IMG/VR virus record: IMGVR_UViG_3300034418_007243
Coordinates: 1-64,000 of that record
Length of the DNA stretch: 64,000 nucleotides
Strand: one strand, 5' to 3'
DNA from: a virus
Shown piece by piece: positions 37,708-47,900 of this stretch (positions within the stretch are counted from its first letter, which is position 1; each line of letters begins with the position of its first letter). The translations under genes were made by a program, and so were the position numbers. Below the pieces are notes generated by a model. That model was not told the origin of the DNA. It did no database searches and was given only the letters and a program-made list of their open reading frames with translations.

Positions 37708-37930
37708 ACAAAAATGGAGAACAGCTTCAGGAAAAAAATCTTCTGAAACAGGTGAAGTTTACGCTCCTTCTGCTACAATAAGCAAACTTAAAAGTACACC
37801 GTCAGGCAGAAAAAAATTAGCTGCAGCTAATAGAAAAAAAAGAGCTGCTACTAAAGCTGGTAAACAACATGCCTCACATGGATTACATAAAGGTAAAAAC
37901 AGAACAGGAACTAAAAAGAAAAAGAAATGA
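37664..37930 (+). CDS. Small basic protein
   Basis: Q.SL..WT.Q.WRT.SGK.S..TGE.Y.P; very K-rich. Confidence 0.75.
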   Translation: MGKKKQQKSLDRWTKQKWRTASGKKSSETGEVYAPSATISKLKSTPSGRKKLAAANRKKRAATKAGKQHASHGLHKGKNRTGTKKKKK

Positions 37931-38106
37931 AAGGAGTACCACATTATAAAAAAGATGGATCACTTTATAGAGGAAAGCATACACACAAAGATAAAAGCGG
38001 TAAGCTTATGAGTGGCAAGACACATACTAAAAGTAGTGTATATTTATATCACATGAAAGAGCTTAGTAAAAAAGCTCAAATGAAAGCTAAACAACAAAAG
38101 AAATGA
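37927..38106 (+). CDS. Small basic His/Lys-rich protein (59 aa, MKGVPHYKKDG...), not in the ORF track
   Basis: ATGA overlaps with both neighbours; translated by hand. Confidence 0.7.
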   Translation: MKGVPHYKKDGSLYRGKHTHKDKSGKLMSGKTHTKSSVYLYHMKELSKKAQMKAKQQKK

Positions 38107-38417
38107 AAGAATTTTTACAAAGTTTAGGAATAAATATTGGTATATCTGTAGCAGGTTTATTTGGTGCTTTGCTTCTTGTTGGTAAAACAAATAAAACAGA
38201 TTTAAGAACTATGTTTTTTTCTTTATTGTCTGGTGTAGCATCTGCAAATTATATCACACCAGTAATTTTAGATATGGCTCAATTTGACGTAAAATATCAA
38301 ATGTCTGTAGCTTTTATTCTAGGTTTTCTAGGATTAAAAGGTGTGGAACTTATTAGTAACAAATTATTAAAAAAAGTAGAAGATGAATCTATTAGTAGCA
38401 ATCAACGCGATAAGTAA
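38103..38417 (+). CDS. Holin-like membrane protein (3 TM)
   Basis: AGLFG, G..SANY.TP, AF.LG..GL.G.E pattern. Confidence 0.65.
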   Translation: MKEFLQSLGINIGISVAGLFGALLLVGKTNKTDLRTMFFSLLSGVASANYITPVILDMAQFDVKYQMSVAFILGFLGLKGVELISNKLLKKVEDESISSNQRDK

Positions 38418-38667
38418 CATTATCATTGCACTATCTGTTAGTGTATTTATTTTTTTTATTTTTGGAAGACTATCTATGATGGATAAGTTACCAAAGTGGC
38501 AATCAATCTTAGTTAAAGTTGGATTATGTACAACAGCATGTGGATCTTTATTTAACTTTCTTACATTGTCACATCCTCCTCTTTCAGAGATTATTCTTAA
38601 TATAGGTCTAGCTATTATATTTACTTGGGCTGTATTATTTCATTATAAGTACTTTGTAAAAGATTAA
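38383..38667 (+). CDS. Membrane protein (3 TM)
   Basis: Three hydrophobic helices; overlaps the holin-like gene. Confidence 0.65.
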   Translation: MNLLVAINAISNIIIALSVSVFIFFIFGRLSMMDKLPKWQSILVKVGLCTTACGSLFNFLTLSHPPLSEIILNIGLAIIFTWAVLFHYKYFVKD

Positions 38668-38671
38668 AGTT

Positions 38672-38962
38672 ATGGCTCCTAAAAAGAAAGATTCTAGGTT
38701 AGCAAGAGCAGGTGTATCAGGTTATAATAAACCAAAGCGTACACCTAACCATCCAACTAAGTCACATGTAGTTGTAGCTAAAGTAGGAAATAAAATTAAA
38801 ACTATTAGGTTTGGTCAACAAGGAGTAAAAGGAGCTGGAAAAAATCCTAAATCTAAAAAAGATAAAGCACGTAAGAAAAGTTATTATGCTAGACATAATG
38901 CTCAAGATGCTAAACCATCTAAATTATCTGCTAGATATTGGTCACACAAAGTTAAATGGTAA
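38672..38962 (+). CDS. Small basic protein
   Basis: GYNKPKRTP.HP.KSH.V, IRFGQQG, RKKSY.ARH, SARYWS.KVKW. Confidence 0.75.
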   Translation: MAPKKKDSRLARAGVSGYNKPKRTPNHPTKSHVVVAKVGNKIKTIRFGQQGVKGAGKNPKSKKDKARKKSYYARHNAQDAKPSKLSARYWSHKVKW

Positions 38963-38965
38963 ATC

Positions 38966-39946
38966 ATGAGTTATAACTATACTCTAAAATATAGAACATT
39001 TGATCAACTTATGGCAGATGTTCTTAGTGATTTTAAAAAGTATCAATTACAAAATTTAATTGATCCTCAAGATATGATTAGGGTAACTAAAAGAGTTAAC
39101 TATGATCTTGGGTTAAGAATAAATAAAACTAAAGAAATAATACTAGAAGTTGAGAAAGGTAGAGTTAGATTACCTAATGATTTCTATGTTCTTAATTTTG
39201 CTCTTTCTTGTAGTAGTTATGAAACAAAACAATATTTACCACAAGGAACAAGAGTAGAAGAAAAAATTATTGGAGCTGCTCCGGAATATCAAACTGCTCC
39301 GCCAGAGACAGTAGACTTTTGTGAGACACCTCCTACACCTTTAGAGCCTGTAGATCCTTGTAATGATCCATGCGCTCAATGTGGTCAAACAACTAACAAT
39401 TGTGAACCTTGTAATACTTGTTGTGCTAACCCAAACTCTTGCACTATAAATTGTAAAGGAGAAGTGGTACAGCTTGTTCAAGCTCTTACATATGAAACAA
39501 GAAGGTGGACCAACTTAAGAAAGATTAGAATACTAGAAAATGCAGTTGATGTACAGTGCGATTGTCCAAATTTAAATTGGCATGCTCCTGATACTGCTTG
39601 GATTAAAAACGGTTGGATATATACTAGTTTTGAAACAGGAAACTTATATATAAACTATCAAGGAACTATGGAAGATGAAGAAGGTAATCTATTGTTACCT
39701 GATCATGATGTAATAAATGAGTATTATGAATATGCTTTAAAACAAAGAATAATAGAGAATCTAATAATGGATGATGAACAAGTAAATCCTAATAAGATTC
39801 AACTAATTGAACAACGTTATAGAATGGCAAGAAATAATGCTCTTTCTATTGTAAATACACCAAACTTTAGTGAGCTTAGAAGATTATATAGAGCTAATAG
39901 AAGAGCTATGTACTCTAAGTACTATGATATGTTTGCTAGTTTATAG
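38966..39946 (+). CDS. Tail tubular or ring protein (P22 gp4-like) with Cys-rich insert
   Basis: LP.DF, I.TSF.TG...INY.....DEEG..L.PD motif; precedes the muzzle gene. Confidence 0.7.
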   Translation: MSYNYTLKYRTFDQLMADVLSDFKKYQLQNLIDPQDMIRVTKRVNYDLGLRINKTKEIILEVEKGRVRLPNDFYVLNFALSCSSYETKQYLPQGTRVEEKIIGAAPEYQTAPPETVDFCETPPTPLEPVDPCNDPCAQCGQTTNNCEPCNTCCANPNSCTINCKGEVVQLVQALTYETRRWTNLRKIRILENAVDVQCDCPNLNWHAPDTAWIKNGWIYTSFETGNLYINYQGTMEDEEGNLLLPDHDVINEYYEYALKQRIIENLIMDDEQVNPNKIQLIEQRYRMARNNALSIVNTPNFSELRRLYRANRRAMYSKYYDMFASL

Positions 39947-39957
39947 AATAAAACCTT

Positions 39958-42900
39958 ATGGCTAAAAAACAAAATACAAGTTCATCTGACGTAAATAGTT
40001 TTAGTAAAGGACTAATTGAAGATATGTCAGGTTATGGTAAAGGTCCACAAAACTGGAGCCATGCTAGAAATGCTGTGAACAATACAGAGATAGGAGACTT
40101 AGGTACTTTAAGCAATGAGAAATCTAATAAACTTTGTACTTTAGCACCTTATACTATAATTGGAACTATACATATTGAAGGAGATAAGTTTGTTGTATTT
40201 TCAACAAATAATATATTTTCTGAAATAGGTTTGTTTGATGAATCAGAATGTTCATACACTAAATTAGTTAATGCTACTTGTTTAAACTTTAAAACAGATT
40301 ATCTTATAACAGGGCAAGCTAAAGAAAACTTTGAATGCAAGTTTGAAGTATATTGGTCTGATGGTTTTAATCCTGATAGAGTATTAAATATAGATGATAT
40401 TCCTTGGGTAGAAAATTGTGAATATATAGATAGCTGTTATATTTGCACACCAACAGCAGAATTAGATTGTGAAAAATTAAGACTTGAACCTTTAGTTGAT
40501 AATCTTAAATTTTCTATTGCTCCGGGTGCTACAAGCGGTGAACTTTTAAGTGGTTCTTATTTTGTAGTAGGAGCTTATTTAATTAATGGGCAAAGGTTTG
40601 GTGATTACTCTATGCCTTCTCAAGTTCAAGGTATATGGTCACATGCTAACACAGCAAGTTCTTTAGATGTTACTGTAGATTTTGCTGATCAAAGATTTGA
40701 TGAATTTGAATTAATAGTTTTAAGTTTTGTTAATTATCAACAAGTAGCTAAAAGAGCTGGCGTATATAGCACAAGACAAAAACTTATTACAATAGATCAG
40801 TTTCAATCTAATTGGCCTGATGTTAATCCTGGAGATATTCTTTTAAGAAATCCTGTTGAAGATAAGTCAGATTCAATATGGCGTAATGGTGATTACCTTT
40901 TAAGAATTGGTCCTACAAGCAAGTTTGATTTTAATTATCAACCTATTGCAAATCAAATTAAAACAGAATGGGTTTCTGTTGAATATCCTGAAAACTATTA
41001 TGGAAATGGTGGTAATAATACAGGATATATGAGAGATGAAGTATATTCATTTTTTATAAGATGGGTTTATAATACAGGTGATAAATCTCCTAGTTTTCAT
41101 ATACCAGGTAGATTTTCTAATCAAGATGATTTAACTATTATGGGTGGTCCAGACGCTGCTGTTGATGCAGATGATGGAATTACACCTTACAAATGGAGAG
41201 TTTATAATACAGCTATTATAAATCCTACTATTACACCTTATACATTGCCTGATGGTGGTGTTGTTTTAGGCGGAGGTGATATGGCTTATTGGGAATCATC
41301 TGAAATATATGATGATGATAAACCACAAATATGGAATGCTACATATACAGATCCTGTTACAGGTGTTAATATAGGAGGTACTTCTGATACAAGATTTGAC
41401 TTGTGTGGAAAACCTATAAGACATCATAAATTTCCTGCTAATAATTCAGATCCTGAAGGACATCCTATAACTCATCATGTTAATGATAATGGCTCAGCTA
41501 TTAGAGTTATGGGAGTTAAGTTTTCTAATATTAAAAAGCCTTTAGATAATTATGGTAATGAAATTACTAATGTTGTAGGTTATGAAATATTAAGAGGTTC
41601 AAGAGAAGGTAACAAAAGTATTTTCTTTAAAGGTATGTTATGCAACTTAAGAGAATACGATGTACCTGAAGGCACTACAGATAGACAAGGTTTATATCAA
41701 AATTATCCATATAATGATTTAGGTGCAGATAATTATTTACAGTCTAATTTTCCTCTTGTAGGTTCTTCTGAACAATGTAAACATGAAAATTTAACAGGAT
41801 ACAGACAAGATGCTTTTTCATTTCATAGTCCAGATACTAACTTTAAAGATCCTTATTTAAGCGCAAAAGAAGTTATTATTTATGGGGAACAGTACGGTGA
41901 AGGAAATATGAATTTTGAAATTCCTGATAAACATCCCAAACATAAATTAATAACTGATCAAGCATTAATTATAGCATGTATTGTTGGAATTGCTTATCCT
42001 ATTACTGCAGCTTTAGGTAAAAGAAGTTATAATAGAAAAAGTCCTACTTCTGAAAATAGAGGTGGTACATGGTTTGGTATGGCTGCAGGTTTTCAACCTT
42101 TAGATGTTGCTGGTGGACATGGTCTTGGTATTGCAGCATTAAGTGGTATACATACAGGTAGAGTACTTGGTCAGTATGCAGCTGTAAATGATTTTTCTAT
42201 ATTAGGAGCTTCTTTTGCTGCTGGTGTAAAACATCCTCAAGTTTTATATGATACAACTGGAGGTTGGGCGTTAGATAATTTTGCAACTGCAGCTCCAGGT
42301 GTTAGTGCGCAAGGTTACACTGAAACTGTAGAGGGTTCTGACTATAGCGCTTTAGGACCTGTTTTAGGTAGTGTTGTAGGTATAGCTAGTTGGATATTTA
42401 ATTATATGAAAGGCATAGATATGTTTTTAGATATAATTAGAGCTGTGTCTACAGAACAACAATACGCATTACAATGTGTGAGTCATTGCTTTCAAAGATT
42501 TTATGAAAGACCACAACCAAACAACATTAGAAGAGCTATAGGAGAACAAGGATACATAGGGCCTGCGTTAGTAGATTGGACTCAAGATTTTAGAATTAAT
42601 AATATTTTTAGGAGCCGCTTTGTAGCTATTCAAACAGAAGCTTTAAATCCTAACGATGCTTTAATAGCTGATCCTGTTATAGTAGATAATTCTAATTTAA
42701 CTTTAGGTGAAGCTTCTAAATTAAAAAATGGTCCTACAAGAGAAGATATACATGGATCTTTTAATTTTACAGCTTCTTCTTACTATGTTGCTTTAAAACA
42801 AAGAATTAGAAATCAATATGGTCAGATAAATGGTATTGTTCAAGTTCCTGTATCTACAGGTACAACTCTTAAAAATTATGGACAGACTATTGCTAATGGT

Positions 42901-44919
42901 CCTTCTTCTACAGATATTATGTTTAATGGTGACATTTATATAGGAAGATATACTGAAAAAAATTCAATGATATTCTTTTATGATTGGTTATATGATCAAC
43001 CAGATGGATATGAATATAATTATTTTTTAAGGCAAAATGCAGCGTATGTTTCTTATTGGATGAATAGTGAAAAGTATGATATAGGTGAATTATTACAAAG
43101 CATTGATACAACAGATATGTTTGCTTTTATAGATGATCCTCAGTCAGCAACTGTAGCTTTACCATTTAGTAAATATTGCATGGATACTTTTGATGGATAT
43201 AGTTTAGAGTTTGGAAGAGTTCTTTTAGAAAATCATTTCTTTTATTTATTTAATTCAGGAGTAAAAGATTTTTATGTAGAAACAGAAATAAATATAGATT
43301 ATAGAGATTGGGAAGATGAAATAAATAGAAGGCATTATGATTCAAAAAGATATACTCATTTACCTACTTTATTTAATGCTAATCCAAACATTATAAAAGC
43401 AGGTAATTATTATAAATATGATTGGAGCTTAAGCGTATCTAGATTGTTTAATAATTTTTTAGCTTGGGGAAATACACAAAGTAGAGAGTATGATCCTCAA
43501 GTAGCTGAAACATGTTATACATATAGACCTGATAGAATAATTTATTCTTTACCGCAAAGAGCTGCTAATAAACAAGATTTTTGGAGAATCTTTTTACCTT
43601 TTAATTATAAAGATTTTACAAGCCGTCCAAGAGCTGTAAAACAGTTTTCTAAAAACGGGGCTTTAATATTATTTGATAATATGAGTCCTATTACTTTTGC
43701 TGGCGTAGATCAATTAACTACAGATCAAGATACTAAGCTTACTATAGGTGATGGTGGATTGTTCTCTCAACCTATGCAAAATTTAGCAAATAGTGAATGG
43801 CCAATTGAGTATGGTTCTTGTCAAGATAAATATAGTGCAATAAACACACCTGCAGGATTTTATTATGTTAGTCAAAATCAAGGAAAAGTATTTACACTAA
43901 CTTCAGGAACAATACAAGAGATTTCTAACAGAGGTTTAAAATGGTGGTTTTCTGAATTTTTACCTTATAAATTAACAGAAGACTTTCCTGATTTTAAATT
44001 AAAAGATAATCCTGTTGCTGGTATAGGATGTCAAACTATTTATGATAACTTAAATCAAATTGTATATTTTTCTAAGAAAGATTACCAACTTAAAAAGGAT
44101 TTACCTGAAGGAACTACATTAAGATATTCTGGAGACAGTGATCTTTTCTATTTAAATAATACAATGGTTCCTATTACTCTTGGAAACCCTCTGTATTTTG
44201 ATTCTGCTTCTTGGACAATAAGTTATGATCCTAAAACACAATCATGGATTTCATATCATGATTGGCATCCTGATTTAACTATATCAAGTAAAAATACATT
44301 CTTGTCTACTAAAGCCAACGGTATTTGGATACACAATAATAGATGTGATAGTTATTGTAACTTTTATGATGTAGATTATCCGTTTGAGGTAGAGTTTGGT
44401 AATCATACAGGAGGTGTTGTAAATACATTAAGAAACGTAGAGTATTACATGGAAGCTTATAAGTATGCTGAAAATTGCTATGATAGATTTCATGATTTGG
44501 ATTTTAATTTTGATGAAGCTATAATACATAACTCAGAACAAGTATCTGGTTTGTTAAGATTAAATCTTCAACCAAAAAACAATACTCCTGAAATGCTTAA
44601 GTATCCAAAAGTTAATTATAGCAACATAGATATAGTATATTCTAAAGAAGAACAAAAGTATAGGTTTAATCAGTTTTGGGATATTACAGCTGATAGAGGT
44701 GAGTTTAATTCCACAGCTACAAGAACAATATTTAATACAGAACCTAATGGTTATATTAGAAATTTAAATTTTAATAATTTAAATTATAATAAGAATGCTT
44801 TTCAAAGAAAAAAATTCAGACATTTTAAAAATTCTGTATTTTTAAGAAGAAAGAAAAGTGGTGACAGAAATATTATTATATCAACAGCAGTAAATATGAA
44901 TTTAAAATCATCAAGATAA
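39958..44919 (+). CDS. Tail stabilisation or muzzle protein (P22 gp10-like)
   Basis: 1653 aa; F.KG...D, A.N, YMRDEVYSF, IRHHKFP, GD.YI, WTISYDP....W.S.H.W.P. Confidence 0.8.
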   Translation: MAKKQNTSSSDVNSFSKGLIEDMSGYGKGPQNWSHARNAVNNTEIGDLGTLSNEKSNKLCTLAPYTIIGTIHIEGDKFVVFSTNNIFSEIGLFDESECSYTKLVNATCLNFKTDYLITGQAKENFECKFEVYWSDGFNPDRVLNIDDIPWVENCEYIDSCYICTPTAELDCEKLRLEPLVDNLKFSIAPGATSGELLSGSYFVVGAYLINGQRFGDYSMPSQVQGIWSHANTASSLDVTVDFADQRFDEFELIVLSFVNYQQVAKRAGVYSTRQKLITIDQFQSNWPDVNPGDILLRNPVEDKSDSIWRNGDYLLRIGPTSKFDFNYQPIANQIKTEWVSVEYPENYYGNGGNNTGYMRDEVYSFFIRWVYNTGDKSPSFHIPGRFSNQDDLTIMGGPDAAVDADDGITPYKWRVYNTAIINPTITPYTLPDGGVVLGGGDMAYWESSEIYDDDKPQIWNATYTDPVTGVNIGGTSDTRFDLCGKPIRHHKFPANNSDPEGHPITHHVNDNGSAIRVMGVKFSNIKKPLDNYGNEITNVVGYEILRGSREGNKSIFFKGMLCNLREYDVPEGTTDRQGLYQNYPYNDLGADNYLQSNFPLVGSSEQCKHENLTGYRQDAFSFHSPDTNFKDPYLSAKEVIIYGEQYGEGNMNFEIPDKHPKHKLITDQALIIACIVGIAYPITAALGKRSYNRKSPTSENRGGTWFGMAAGFQPLDVAGGHGLGIAALSGIHTGRVLGQYAAVNDFSILGASFAAGVKHPQVLYDTTGGWALDNFATAAPGVSAQGYTETVEGSDYSALGPVLGSVVGIASWIFNYMKGIDMFLDIIRAVSTEQQYALQCVSHCFQRFYERPQPNNIRRAIGEQGYIGPALVDWTQDFRINNIFRSRFVAIQTEALNPNDALIADPVIVDNSNLTLGEASKLKNGPTREDIHGSFNFTASSYYVALKQRIRNQYGQINGIVQVPVSTGTTLKNYGQTIANGPSSTDIMFNGDIYIGRYTEKNSMIFFYDWLYDQPDGYEYNYFLRQNAAYVSYWMNSEKYDIGELLQSIDTTDMFAFIDDPQSATVALPFSKYCMDTFDGYSLEFGRVLLENHFFYLFNSGVKDFYVETEINIDYRDWEDEINRRHYDSKRYTHLPTLFNANPNIIKAGNYYKYDWSLSVSRLFNNFLAWGNTQSREYDPQVAETCYTYRPDRIIYSLPQRAANKQDFWRIFLPFNYKDFTSRPRAVKQFSKNGALILFDNMSPITFAGVDQLTTDQDTKLTIGDGGLFSQPMQNLANSEWPIEYGSCQDKYSAINTPAGFYYVSQNQGKVFTLTSGTIQEISNRGLKWWFSEFLPYKLTEDFPDFKLKDNPVAGIGCQTIYDNLNQIVYFSKKDYQLKKDLPEGTTLRYSGDSDLFYLNNTMVPITLGNPLYFDSASWTISYDPKTQSWISYHDWHPDLTISSKNTFLSTKANGIWIHNNRCDSYCNFYDVDYPFEVEFGNHTGGVVNTLRNVEYYMEAYKYAENCYDRFHDLDFNFDEAIIHNSEQVSGLLRLNLQPKNNTPEMLKYPKVNYSNIDIVYSKEEQKYRFNQFWDITADRGEFNSTATRTIFNTEPNGYIRNLNFNNLNYNKNAFQRKKFRHFKNSVFLRRKKSGDRNIIISTAVNMNLKSSR

Positions 44920-47900
44920 ATGGATAAATTATTATTCTATACATTAAACAATAGAGGTTTACCGCAAGGTCCTAATTATGAAAGAACATCTATGTTAGGT
45001 AAACTAACTATGTTTAATAATGGAGGCCCTGTATCAGGAAGACCTTATTTATCTGTTATGCCTGGTATGACTGGAGGAATAGATCTTCAGGCAGGTACTG
45101 ATTTTAATATTAAGGATAGGGTGTTTGGAGATATAAATATAAGTAATCCAATAGTTGCACCTAACATGCAAAGTGGAGAATATAGCTTTGCGCCATTAAA
45201 TCCTAATGTGTCAGGTAGAGTAGCTATCCCTTTACAAGATATGGATATTGTGGGAAGTTTTGATACAGATTTTAATCAAGCTAGACTTAATGCTTCAGCT
45301 AGCATGGGTTTTCCTAAAGGAGATATAAGTGGAAATATAGGTACTGATTTAAAAAATGTTTATGGTGGCGTAGATATAAATTACAGACCCATTGACCCTC
45401 TTTCCTTAAACTATAGTTTAAATGCTGATCCATCAGGAGTGTACCATGATATTGGAGCTTCTTATAATGTAAATGATAATGTAAATCTATATGGTAATGT
45501 ATCATTAACTCCACAAGAACCTCCTGCATATAGAGTAGGATTAAGAGCAAACTTTGAACATGGAGGAACACACGTAGATCCACCTTTTAAAACACCATTA
45601 TCTAAAGATGAAGAGTTTGTTTTTCAAAATTGGAGAAAATCTTTACCTGAAAATTTACAAACAGATAATGATTTATATGATTTAAGAGGTGCATGGAAAG
45701 CAGGTCTTTCTCCTGAACGCATTCAAAATGAATGGCACATGTTAGGCGTAAACCCTGAAACAGGAATGTATTTAAAATCTCCAAATCATCCAACATATTT
45801 AAAATCTATTGAAGGAGACATAAGAGCAGGATTTACTCCTTACGTAGATGCTAAAACAGGAAGAGTATATTCTAATAAACTTGTTTATACAGACGGAGGA
45901 GATGTTATAGATCCGGGTGATGGCTGGCAATATTTAAAAGAAGGTAATGATTATCTTACTAGAAAAAAAGGTTCTGCTGAATGGATAAAAACAACAGGTA
46001 AAGCTAAAAAAGCTATTCAAGATAAAATATATAAAGAAACAGATTCTATAAAATCTGATGAAATTGTATCTGCACCTAATAATAAACAAACAGATTTTAG
46101 TATTGATTATGATACTTTACCAGCTATAAAACAAATAGAAGCATCTACTAGTAGAGTAGAAAGACCTCCTATGCCTAACATTGTTAACCCAAATGTAAAT
46201 CAAAAACAATTTGTAGATAAAGCTGAAGAGTTTCATAAACAAGGTAAAATAGTAGATAGAGAACCTGTAAGTTTTATGAGAAACTTATTACCCTATCCTT
46301 GTTATGATTATACTTGTATGGAGTTTGTAAAAGATGTTGATAAAGCAACTGGCAGACATAGTATACCTAGTACAATTAATACTAATAAAGACTTTTATAA
46401 AGCAGCTGATAAATTAGGGTATAAACGTTTACACCCAGATTCTACTGCTCAACCTGGAGATATTATTTCTTTTTACAGACCTGAGTTAAAAACTGAAGAG
46501 TTTCCTGAAGGAACGCCTTATCATGCAGGAGTAATGATAAATGATAGCACTTATATAGATACAGGAGGTGGCGAAAAGTATTTACCTATAGGTTATCCTG
46601 TAAGAAAAGGACCTTTAGAAAAAAATCCTTATTATACTTATAGGTGGTCACCAAAAGAACCAATAATGGGTGCTATTTCAGGATTAATACAAAAAACAGA
46701 TGGTGGAGATGTTGTAGATGTAGGGGATGGTTATGAGTATCTAAAAGAAGGTGATAACTATTTAACTAGAAAAAAAGGTAATACAGATTGGATAACTGCA
46801 AAAGGAGATGCTAGAAAAGCTATACAAACTAGAATATTTCCTGAGCTTCTAGGTAATCCTTTACCTCAAGAACAACAAATATCTATTCAAAATATAAATA
46901 GACCTGAAAATTTTATTCAACCAAATGTTAATAAAGAAACTATAGCTATACAGCAAAAACTTTTTGATGCAGGATATGATTTAGGTACTACAGGTCCATT
47001 AGGAAATGGTGTTGATGGAGATTTAGGTCCTAAAACACAAGCTGCTATTGATGCTTATAATAAAGGAATAAACGCTCAAGATTTTAAATCTCAAGATTTA
47101 AAAATGCAAAATGAAATTATAAATCAAGAGTATAAAGAAAAACCACAAACTGCAAACTATGTAACAAATATTCAGAACTATCTTATAGGAAAAGGATATG
47201 AGATAGATAAATCAGGAGTAATGGATACTAAAACTAAAAATGCTTTAAAAGATTATGAGACTAGCGGCAAGTTTGCAACATTACCTATTTTTCCTTCTAA
47301 TCCTGAAAGAAGAGAAGAAATCTGCAGAACAAGTGGAGAAGGTTACGGTTGTTCAAAACAAGCTACATTAAAATCTATGAATTTGTTTAGTGATATGCCT
47401 AATTCTGATAAAAAATATTTATGGGCTAATGATGCATGGTTTAATAAAGATGCTGTAATAAAAAATGGAGGAACACTTCTTTATGAAACAGAAGCTAGAG
47501 GTAAAAATATACCTGACTTACCTAAAGAAGTTTATGGATTATTGCAAGTAGGAGATTATGTTCATTTAGATAGAAGAGATACAGATTCTAGTAGACGTTA
47601 CGCTAAAAAAACAGAAGATAAAGCAGGTAATAAATGGGAAAATGAAAAAATAGAACATATGGGTCTTATCATTGGTAAAGATACTGATGGTACACCTTTA
47701 ATTTGGCATGCTTCAGAAACAGGAAAAGCATATATAAAACGTGTAGATGAACCTATTACATTAGATGATCATAAAGGATTAGGTGCTTATAGAATAGCGT
47801 CTATTGCACGTTCTGGTAAAATGACAGATGAATACCAAAAAGCTGTTGCTCAAAATCCTTACTTTAGTGAAGATTGGAAATCACCATATGAAAAACCTGG

